Shown piece after piece: positions 52,201-58,808 of a stretch of 64,000 bases of DNA. The position numbers were made by a program, and so were the translations under genes. The notes beneath the pieces were generated by a model. The model was not told the origin of the DNA. It searched no databases and saw only the letters and a program-made list of their open reading frames with translations. The stretch's first letter is position 1; each line of letters begins with the position of its first letter. The stretch is from Desulfurivibrionaceae bacterium (GTDB lineage Bacteria; Desulfobacterota; Desulfobulbia; Desulfobulbales; UBA5123). The stretch is taken from the NCBI GenBank assembly GCA_030145325.1, contig JAQYVW010000008.1, positions 160-64,159 of the forward strand, written 5' to 3'.

Positions 52201-52393
52201 CGATGGTTCAGGACTTACCGGCACCATCACTAACGGCGCTAGCAGTGTCGTCAACGGTGCCTTCTTCGGGCCAACGGCGGAAGCCATCGCTGGCAATTTC
52301 CGGGCTGAAAGTGTTATGGAAACAAACGGAGTTGATAGTGCGACCTACAATGGTATTTTTAACGGGGCACTGACCAGTGGCTCTCTGCAGTAG
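46235..52393 (+). CDS. 2052-aa exported protein: FecR domain, Pro-rich linker and three bilobed TbpB-like beta-barrel repeats
   Basis: Signal peptide; FecR motifs DTIKT...F.DNT.ISLG...TPSATIGIRGS; C-terminal YNG...TVDF...VTG...GAFFGPTAEAIAGNF...GIFNG typical of TbpB-like barrels; three internal repeats. Confidence 0.85.
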   Translation: MRHLMHQKKSTTGSILLLVALLLSCAIPVFAANSSPGKAVATVVALRGKVVALNTGGEQRQLAIKGKIFQSDTIKTDARGRIQFLFTDNTIISLGQRAEMKIDKYQWQNTSTDTLKTTVKEGAFRVMGGTLAKSTPQNFTTETPSATIGIRGSMYAGRVKGQMLSVVFQGGKGIFVRNPAGVVEISKPGFGTRVLSPTAAPAPPTKFSSAEISKISNGVDQDEPKDVPPAEEKPADQKKDDSPSDNPPSDNPPSDNPPNDNPPSDNPPSDNPPSDPTDWTEYPDTGPDTGPDLAPPSFPEPPPVIPIPDPPEVFVPPIIVTPAYTGATLTATENYATTPPLFTWGQDSLSLADDLTAISGNITAPDGTLVPFSLPSFTPTDTTYNFASIYSGSDYSQTQEITIQGNSLSLDGINYTADNLGEFFTYNRYFYSADLILQEFGFAGTPSPSAPSTGINVYSGTMTGSLQGADFDDTIPALPNIGGLATIKTNFTNHTVFGYYQDDQDQASFSTPMEDGFFFATTSGHDLTDITFFGSGEDLNDDFVLNMATAKSADFYGSANQGFGWSATGDAIATVNNTDVGDFKVIGAAFLEQTLTAPTTDKTWNGFATGLSEFTNLSTSTTSYTINKNSSDSATDLVVSLGATTGLVGGSINMADNDSANPFSINLGTDASAYIDDSWFAAMTTSSISAATKGLFIPELTDPQWSQYFTWGWWGLTPYANGTSKVEMDGLWVAGERSANLPATTGLALSDLLGQGSGITGHYAGQAEVNIGNATTGGYNEYTGSSVFDIDFSTSTFNNGSIDFNTASGPTFSNITGNVDANGIHATTLDLDGTSMGAAFFGLDGDFFGNDLAALAGNFFAQDSTYYYSGIFGGDLDSNGIVIPTPPNTFALSGNFISTLNNFTDVQESWWYGPTTPLTIDVSSGLLSGTLVAQDSTPIPINLSLPSSVEPTATYDPLLVTYDDIVSFSTDLTGTTQTTDYYLSYDNLGEFFTYKSDLFFTETITDYMFTDFGYAGIPSTTLPTDGIVKYSGQMSGEISNYTTAPNMFIWEEEDILGDMKIIANFKNNTVLGYFEDWGVGFSHFPIEDGFFIGTISGTDVTAITFVAGGNDFNGTPLLSLSTTGTANFFGSAQQGFGLSLTGDTYFEPTATQVGNFNLLAAGFQDSALAAPSGSKSWNGFAIETAYQYSDLTDNTLLNTYWVANTDDLASNFTLTLNADTGTVAGTMATTDAYGSSQTLSLGETGSVLNAYIDDTHFLTGIYSSQAANNLGGLLVTQRDEVQWSSFFSWGEWGEIQADATATTSTQTQGLWLAGELSNTLVPTYLSSLLSTGTNLTGNYQGGATIITSISDPDYSIYFNEEHIGVSNFEINFTNNSFTGMIDFSSSYGPYFDNISGTVNGTGIHADNLRANGVTLASTDFNLDGDFFGSGLNALGGSFWAIIDSYAVGTGIFGGDLDSNGIAETSTTSSVLAMTGKLSGVVTGSGTGSPSPAPGIWLGDVTTASSTDGTLTGSAGVTELITSDTATLDFGFLMEPYDPTNTYFEIFPEEQGVTLDRHGLTMSNLSVHTETLGEFAIFSGTVTDGTATWNELGFVGEETSSTILTSLPGTDLIESYNGHALYAIQDQLGNIGSEATGLHLEFNWHTGKVVGLIKEATFINHPVIFYGDVSSTGLTNISFLGGGISDHWDTTSTPYVVASYNELFSFDGTLDFNSFYGSEHQGIGATFSGTTPFIYDPAASAADWNTTIAAVKDPYSPNTDSLSFTGIDSWEGFAVSGTTLMSTDPSQLSFTIDKDTGLVTSGDLSLQCVLGGDFAVNNVEIGGTNGSAYASNKAFVAEMGCSTNDCIATLDDLANPINVGLEALGNYMFSSPDSFYGNDYTAWGYWQVTYTDPTTSKVTITPGLWTAGHERTPATVVQGLIADTALITGTYNGEAHALRNYSTFIDRVNGTSDLTVDFNARNVTGTMDFADDPNIGFSGSTLNITATVAADGSGLTGTITNGASSVVNGAFFGPTAEAIAGNFRAESVMETNGVDSATYNGIFNGALTSGSLQ
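46961..47059 (+). repeat. 15-bp coding tandem repeat (CCCAGCGATAATCCA, about 6.6 copies; PSDNP)
   Basis: Directly visible; followed by a short DTGP duplication at about 47081-47109. Confidence 0.95.
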
Positions 52394-52417
52394 CCTGATG
52401 CCATTGGCTTCCAGAGA

Positions 52418-52460
52418 TGCCGACACGATTAAATGCCAACTATTTTTGATCGTGTCGGCA
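52418..52460. promoter_or_regulatory. Strong intergenic hairpin without U-tract
   Basis: TGCCGACACGAT...ATCGTGTCGGCA between the large gene and the cyclase. Confidence 0.6.
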
Positions 52461-52501
52461 AATAGTTTCCCCAACAACATTCAATATCATGTGCTGGCAT
52501 C

Positions 52502-54745
52502 ATGTTTTTTCACATAATAAAAAAACTGCTGGTGCCAACACCATTCAAAATAGGGTTCCTCGTTGTTATTGTCGCCGCCCTTACCTACTACTCTTTCGGC
52601 ACCCAAAAACCTGAGATCATCACCTCACTGGACAATCGTATTATCGATGCCATGTTTCTCTGGCGGGGCGCACAAGATACTACTGACTCAGTGGTGATTG
52701 TCGATATCGATGAGAAAAGCCTTAAACAACTGGGGCAATGGCCATGGCCACGGGATACCGTTGCCAAACTGGTCTCAAATCTTCAAGCAGGCGGGGCAAA
52801 GGTAATCGGCCTAGATATCGTTTTCGCCGAGCCGGATCGGACCTCGCCTAAAGAATTTGTCGATCAGCTGGGAAATTATCTGCACGGAGAGGTTCCCGCC
52901 GCGACCCTGCAACGTCTGCGGGATGACCCTACCATTGATCATGACCTTATCTTGGGCCAGGCAGTCAGCACTGGTCACACCGTCCTAGGCTATGTTTTTC
53001 AAACCACCGACGACGGACTAAAAACAGCCTATGACCAACCTTTTCCCGCAGCCATTATCAGGGGCTTGCCAACCGGGGACACATACGACCAATTAGCCAT
53101 TTACAAAGCTTATCGTGCCATCATTAATGTAGCCGAGGTAGCCCAGGCGGAAAGCGAAGGATTTTTCAATGTTTTCCCAGATGCCTCAGGTACGGTTCGC
53201 ATGGTGCCCCTCCTCATGACCATGGACGGAATCCCTTACCCTTCCCTGGCTCTTGAAATGGTCAGAATCGGCATGAACAAAGACACAATAAAACTTCATC
53301 CCTCCCAACAAATCAGAGATAGGCAACGTGGCCTACTGGGGGTCAGCGTCGGCAAAAGCTATATACCCACCAATAACCGCGGCCAAATGACGGTTAATTT
53401 TCGTGGTTCAAATAAAACCTTCCCCTATCTTTCCGCCATTGACATTATCAACGGCAAAGAACTCAACCGAGTTCGCAACAAATACGTTTTGATCGGTACT
53501 TCTGCGGCTGGCATCCTTGATCTCCGGGCCACGCCCTTTTCCAATGTTTTCCCCGGCGTCGAGGTCCATGCCAACGTTATAGACAACGTCCTGGCCGGAG
53601 ATCCGTTTGTTTTCGATCTCCTCACTGAGATCGGCATTACCTATCTGCTCATTGTTCTTGGTGGCCTTTTTCTCGTTGCCCTCCTTGCATTCAGTAGTCC
53701 GCTGGCTGGCGGTTTGGGTGGCTTCTTATTGCTGGAAGCTACCATTATTGGCAATTACCATTATTTATTTCTACATAACAAGATCATCGGCATCACCTAC
53801 CCGCTACTAACCATTATCATCATTTTTATGATCGTAACCCTCTTCAACTACTTCTTTGAAGGCCGCGAGAAGAAGTTCATCAGCCATGCCTTCGGTCATT
53901 ATGTTTCGCCGCAAGTGGTCAAAAAGTTGATGGCCCATCCGGAAAATCTTGCTCTGGCCGGTGAAGAAAAAACTTTGACCGTGCTCTTCAGCGACATCCG
54001 GGGCTTCACCACCATTTCCGAATCAATGAGTTCCACCCAACTGGCTCTGTTTATGAATCGCTATCTCACCGCCATGAGTTCGGTAATCATGCAATGCCAA
54101 GGGACGGTGGACAAATTTATCGGCGACGCGATCATGGCAATATGGGGCGCTCCCCTTGATGACCATGACCATGCCGCCAATGCGGTACGATCAGCCCTAG
54201 GGATGATGGAGAAACTACGTGAAAAACAACCACAATGGCAAGCCGAGGGAATCCCGGCCATTGATATCGGCATCGGTATCAACACCGGCACCATGAGTGT
54301 CGGCAACTTTGGCAGCGCCGAACGGTTCGACTATACGGTACTGGGTGACGCCGTCAATCTCGGCGCTCGTCTGGAAGGATCCAACAAGACATACGGCACC
54401 AACATCATTATCTCCCAATACACCCTCACAGAACTGGGCGACCGGTTTTTCTGCCGCTTTATTGATATGGTAAAAGTAAAGGGGAAACTAAAACCGGTTA
54501 AAATATACGAACCGTTGACCGAGGGTGAACCCAGCGAAGAGTTACGCCGGGAAGTAGCAGTATTTGAAGAGGCGATGGAGGAATATCACTGCCAAAACTT
54601 TGCCAAGGCAGCAACAATTATTAACGAATTACACGAAACCAACCCCAGCAAGCTTTATTGCCTTTACCGTGATCGGATCAGGAAATATCAGAAAACTCCA
54701 CCACCGCCAGACTGGGACGGCTCTTTCACCTTCACATCGAAATAA
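52502..54745 (+). CDS. CHASE2-domain class III adenylate cyclase
   Basis: VVIVDIDEKSL..LGQWPWPR, GLDIVFAEPD and PGVEVHAN (CHASE2); 3 TM; FSDIRGFT, VDKFIGDAIM and DYTVLGDAVNLGARLEG (ATP-specifying Lys and catalytic N/R present). Confidence 0.95.
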   Translation: MFFHIIKKLLVPTPFKIGFLVVIVAALTYYSFGTQKPEIITSLDNRIIDAMFLWRGAQDTTDSVVIVDIDEKSLKQLGQWPWPRDTVAKLVSNLQAGGAKVIGLDIVFAEPDRTSPKEFVDQLGNYLHGEVPAATLQRLRDDPTIDHDLILGQAVSTGHTVLGYVFQTTDDGLKTAYDQPFPAAIIRGLPTGDTYDQLAIYKAYRAIINVAEVAQAESEGFFNVFPDASGTVRMVPLLMTMDGIPYPSLALEMVRIGMNKDTIKLHPSQQIRDRQRGLLGVSVGKSYIPTNNRGQMTVNFRGSNKTFPYLSAIDIINGKELNRVRNKYVLIGTSAAGILDLRATPFSNVFPGVEVHANVIDNVLAGDPFVFDLLTEIGITYLLIVLGGLFLVALLAFSSPLAGGLGGFLLLEATIIGNYHYLFLHNKIIGITYPLLTIIIIFMIVTLFNYFFEGREKKFISHAFGHYVSPQVVKKLMAHPENLALAGEEKTLTVLFSDIRGFTTISESMSSTQLALFMNRYLTAMSSVIMQCQGTVDKFIGDAIMAIWGAPLDDHDHAANAVRSALGMMEKLREKQPQWQAEGIPAIDIGIGINTGTMSVGNFGSAERFDYTVLGDAVNLGARLEGSNKTYGTNIIISQYTLTELGDRFFCRFIDMVKVKGKLKPVKIYEPLTEGEPSEELRREVAVFEEAMEEYHCQNFAKAATIINELHETNPSKLYCLYRDRIRKYQKTPPPPDWDGSFTFTSK

Positions 54746-55248
54746 AATAACGCTGCTGGTGACTCAACCAAGATAATCAATTGTATAAGTAGTCATAGGC
54801 CGGGGAAGGTGCGCAGCGTTTCCCCAACGCCGAAGGAGGCCAATTCTTCAGCACTCAGCCACCGCATCACTTTTTTCAAAAACATCGGCGCATCAAGAAG
54901 GTTGACGGAAGCGGTTTATAAAAGATTATGACATTTTATACCAACAAACGTCCAAAGCTTAGACCACATCAAGAAATCATGAACAGGCAACACCTTTACT
55001 GCTAAACGCGGCCAAGATCGTTACCCAGAGAAAAACAAGAAGTTATGAGCCAAGAAAAATATGCAAGATTCTAACTGAAAGGCCTGAAGCCAAATAGAAA
55101 TAAAACTATTTTTTTCAAACAAATAAAGCCATTAAACACTGGTGCAATTCGCCAGGAAGTTGATATACTAGCTTTCATAGTCAATAAAAATCGAATAATA
55201 TAACAAAGAGCAACGACACAAACCTACGAAACAGAACTGGAGAACAAG

Positions 55249-55599
55249 ATGGATCTGGAACAAATTACCCGTGACATCTTTCGGATACCTATCCTTGATT
55301 CTAATGATGTGACGGCATTAATTGAGAAACAATCCCTACCGGTAATCAATCTAGGCAGTAAAGGAATAGGCATTCTGCTGAGCGAGGACGAAGCCTTCCC
55401 GGTGAGCGACGAAACATTTGCCATTTCTTTACACCTCAGCGGAAAACAATTTGAATTACAGGGAAAAATAGTCCATGCTTCCCCACAGGAATCGGGGAAT
55501 TACCTTTGCGGGGTCGAATTTATCGACATGAGCAAACAGTGCGGAAAAACTATTACCAATTATATAAAAAAACACCGTAGCAGTATGTTTAAAGAATAA
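55249..55599 (+). CDS. PilZ-like domain protein
   Basis: RDIFR, NLGSKG, GKIVH and CGVEF; the motifs are somewhat degenerate. Confidence 0.7.
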   Translation: MDLEQITRDIFRIPILDSNDVTALIEKQSLPVINLGSKGIGILLSEDEAFPVSDETFAISLHLSGKQFELQGKIVHASPQESGNYLCGVEFIDMSKQCGKTITNYIKKHRSSMFKE

Positions 55600-55642
55600 A
55601 CGGCCGTTAAGAAGTCATTTCCCGGCTACTTTTAGGATAAAA

Positions 55643-56041
55643 ATGAACATGGCAAATAAGAAAGCAGGCAAAGATATCCTTGCAGATATCCTGACCGGAG
55701 ACCATGATCACCACTTGCCGGGCCTTGATGAACTTACCCAGCTAATCAGGCACAACTCCAAACCCCAACCTGCTAAAAAAAAGAAACCCAGCAAAAAAGC
55801 CAGCCGACAGCAACATGGCATAAAAAGAAAATCCACTCACTATCTCTCTGAGGGGGTTTTTGAAGACTTAGGTGACGCCCGCGATACCCTTAAAGATATG
55901 CTGCCAGAAGAGGTTCGTTCACAGATTTCCAAATCCGGCATCGTTGACACGGCTTTAAAAATGATCTTACAAGAACTGGCGGCCAAAGGAAAAGATAGTG
56001 TCCTTTTCAAGCAGCTCAAGAAAGATCATAAGAGCGAATAA
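55643..56041 (+). CDS. Hypothetical protein with C-terminal ribbon-helix-helix-like motif (putative ParA partner)
   Basis: KSTHYLS...L...SKSGIVDTAL pattern after a basic, disordered linker. Confidence 0.6.
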   Translation: MNMANKKAGKDILADILTGDHDHHLPGLDELTQLIRHNSKPQPAKKKKPSKKASRQQHGIKRKSTHYLSEGVFEDLGDARDTLKDMLPEEVRSQISKSGIVDTALKMILQELAAKGKDSVLFKQLKKDHKSE

Positions 56042-56137
56042 AGTGGGCATCTTGCCACAACCCAATATCATCCCGGCAATGCCACAACAACAAGAATGTT
56101 CAAACCCTGATCTCATAAACCGAGCGGAGACTGCCTG

Positions 56138-57067
56138 ATGGTTCTCACATGCCCTCATTGCAAGAAGCAGCACAATATTGATGAAAAACTGATCCCGCCG
56201 AATATAAAAAAGGCGCGCTGTAAATATTGCGGCAACCAATTCCTCTTGCCTGGTCGCCAAGACACTGAGGCTCCCGACCTTACTGCGCCCCCCCCCCCAG
56301 AACAAAAAGGGCCACGACGAATCGGTATCTCCATTAGCAAGGGTGGAGTGGGCAAAACCACCACCGCTGTTAACCTTGCCGCCGGACTTGCCTTCGCTGG
56401 CTTCAAAGTCTTACTGGTTGACACCGATACCCAAGGGCAAGACAGCTTCATGCTTGGCATCAAACCTAAGGCTGGGCTTACTGAACTGGTAACTGAGGAA
56501 TTAACTGCCAATGAAGCCGTGGTCAAAGCCCGCGAGCGACTATGGTTGTTGTCCGGCGGGAAATCCCTTGCCGGCATCAAGAGATTAATTGATCGCAAGG
56601 ACTTCGGTGGCGAGATGACCCTCTCTGACGCCCTAAAACCCATTGAAGACCAATATGACTATGTCATCGTGGACACTTCACCAGGCTGGGACCCTTTGAC
56701 TGTTAACGTTCTCTTCTATGTCAATGAAGTGTTAACACCGGTCTCCTTAGAGGTAATGACCCTGCAAGGACTTCTCGAATTCTTAAAAAGTATTGCCACC
56801 ATCCAAAAACATCGCAAAGATGTCGCATTACGTTACATCTTGCCGACATTTATGGATAAACGAGTTAAGCAATCCATAGGCATTATGGAAAAAATAAAAG
56901 AACTGTACGGACCCTTACTTTGCTCTCCAGTCCGATATAATGTCCGGCTCTCTGAAGCTCCGGCTTACGGACAAACTATTTTTGAATTTGCTCCTGGCTC
57001 GCCAGGAGCTGAAGATTACCGGGAACTGGTACGCAAAGTTGCGGGCAACCCGAAACTGCTCCGCTAA
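56138..57067 (+). CDS. ParA/Soj family ATPase with N-terminal zinc ribbon
   Basis: CPHC...CKYC; deviant Walker A KGGVGKTT; DTDTQG, YDYVIVDTSPG and LSEAP. Confidence 0.9.
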   Translation: MVLTCPHCKKQHNIDEKLIPPNIKKARCKYCGNQFLLPGRQDTEAPDLTAPPPPEQKGPRRIGISISKGGVGKTTTAVNLAAGLAFAGFKVLLVDTDTQGQDSFMLGIKPKAGLTELVTEELTANEAVVKARERLWLLSGGKSLAGIKRLIDRKDFGGEMTLSDALKPIEDQYDYVIVDTSPGWDPLTVNVLFYVNEVLTPVSLEVMTLQGLLEFLKSIATIQKHRKDVALRYILPTFMDKRVKQSIGIMEKIKELYGPLLCSPVRYNVRLSEAPAYGQTIFEFAPGSPGAEDYRELVRKVAGNPKLLR

Positions 57068-57121
57068 CCGCCAATCCAATCACTCCTTTGATGGGTTCTC
57101 AGGGTAGTACCAAAAAAGATT

Positions 57122-57163
57122 AAAAAAAAAGGCTTCAGGCGTAAACGCCTGAAGCCTTTTTTT
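57122..57163. terminator. Bidirectional intrinsic terminator
   Basis: A9-GGCTTCAGGCGT-AA-ACGCCTGAAGCC-T7 between convergent genes. Confidence 0.9.
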
Positions 57164-57183
57164 ATCTGCGAACAATTATATTC

Positions 57184-57747
57184 TTATTTCTTTTTGGCCA
57201 TTTGCACATCCAGTTGCTTCAAAATAGTTTTACTGACATCAAGGGTCTCATCGACATACAAAATACCGGAACGGGCACCCTGGCCGGTATTATCCATTAT
57301 AACCGTGAAACCCTCTTTCTTACCAAAATCCTTGATGATAGCCCCCAACTCATCCAAAATTGGCCCCATCAATTTCTTTTTCAAAGCCTGCATCTCAAAG
57401 GTTGCATCACTGGAGACAATTTTTCCGTACTCTTCAATCTTTTGCAGCTCCCTAAGCTTCCCCTGCAGGATGTCCTGAGACCAAACTGTTTTCTTTTTAT
57501 CTATCTCATTTTTAAGGAAATCATATTTATCACGCTCTTTCTGAACTGTTTTCTGTAATTCAGCACCCTTGTCCTGCAATTGCGACTGCACGGAATTTGC
57601 GATCTTTGAATTTGCAACAATATACTGCAAATCAATAACACCTATTTTTAATGGTTTTGCAGCCAAGACAGTGGTACCAGCCGACAAAGTCAAAGCAAAA
57701 ACAAGGGCAGCAGTAATAATCCCTCTGGTCATGATTTTCATCTTCAT
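57184..57747 (-). CDS. skp: OmpH/Skp periplasmic chaperone
   Basis: Signal peptide, KIGVIDLQ, coiled-coil body and ILYVDETLDVS. Confidence 0.88.
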   Translation of the reverse strand: MKMKIMTRGIITAALVFALTLSAGTTVLAAKPLKIGVIDLQYIVANSKIANSVQSQLQDKGAELQKTVQKERDKYDFLKNEIDKKKTVWSQDILQGKLRELQKIEEYGKIVSSDATFEMQALKKKLMGPILDELGAIIKDFGKKEGFTVIMDNTGQGARSGILYVDETLDVSKTILKQLDVQMAKKK

Positions 57748-57800
57748 TCCTCTTGGTTAGATATTATCTAAAAAATCTCAGCTATAATTATAAAAAGGAC

Positions 57801-57856
57801 TACAACAAATCGCCGGGAAAGAATGTATAAACATCCCTTCCCGGCGATTTGTTGTA
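57801..57856. terminator. Long hairpin after pal
   Basis: TACAACAAATCGCCGGGAA...TTCCCGGCGATTTGTTGTA, a 19-bp perfect stem. Confidence 0.7.
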
Positions 57857-57883
57857 AAAATACAACTCACTGATTTCTATGAA

Positions 57884-58474
57884 TTACTTGATGAGGAAAA
57901 AGTCATCCCGACGATTTTGCGCCCAAGACAATTCATCATGTCCATAAACCAAAGGTTTTTCCTCACCAAAGCTCACGGTCTTGAGCCGATCCTCTGAGAT
58001 ACCCATATTGAGCAGATATTTCATGGCAGCCCGAGCCCTTCTTTCCCCAAGAGCCATATTATACTCATTGGTACCGCGCTCGTCACAATTGCCTTCAATA
58101 CGGATGACAGATCGAGAATTATTCTTAAGATAATACGCATTGCCGTCAATGCGTCCCCTTTGATCGTTACGAATACCAGATTGATCAAAGTCAAAATAAA
58201 CCGGGAGCAACTCGCCAGAAGTTCTACCTTCAGAGTAGGTATTAGTCTCGGTGGCACGAGACGAAGAAGTTGCCGAAGAAAGTGATTCTTCGGCTCCCAT
58301 GGCTTCGCCACCATCTTGTTGGTTTGCCATGGCTTGACCATTAGCTTGCCCACTGGTTTGACCAGCAGACTGACCATCAGTACGAACAGTTTTTTGTGCA
58401 CAACCAGTAGCGAAAAAAGACAGTGAGACAACAACGGCTCCCACGGTTAAAACTCGAATCATCTCATACTTCAT
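57884..58474 (-). CDS. pal: Peptidoglycan-associated lipoprotein
   Basis: Lipobox ATGC; VYFDFD, IEGNCDERGTNEYNMALGERRA, SFGEEKP and NRR. AAGGAG RBS before ATG 58474. Confidence 0.94.
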   Translation of the reverse strand: MKYEMIRVLTVGAVVVSLSFFATGCAQKTVRTDGQSAGQTSGQANGQAMANQQDGGEAMGAEESLSSATSSSRATETNTYSEGRTSGELLPVYFDFDQSGIRNDQRGRIDGNAYYLKNNSRSVIRIEGNCDERGTNEYNMALGERRARAAMKYLLNMGISEDRLKTVSFGEEKPLVYGHDELSWAQNRRDDFFLIK

Positions 58475-58808
58475 AATTACTCTCTCCTTGTCCCAAAATC
58501 TCGCTGAATAAATCGACGGAATAATCGTCAAACGATTTGACAATATTATCTAATAAAATCCATTATAGAGAAACGATTGGGAAATTCAATTTTTTTTTAA
58601 TAAATTATGCTACTCGCAACAAATGCCGGTCACCAATGAGTAACACATCATCATGACCATCACAATAATTGAGGTTGCAAATTCACTCGTGACAACATAG
58701 ATTATTTTGATAATAATTTCCAACTTTCATACGGAAAGAACACTTCCTAAGTGTTTTTGTTCCCTGACTAATTTATTCAACATACCCTAAAAGACAGATA
58801 ATACAAAT

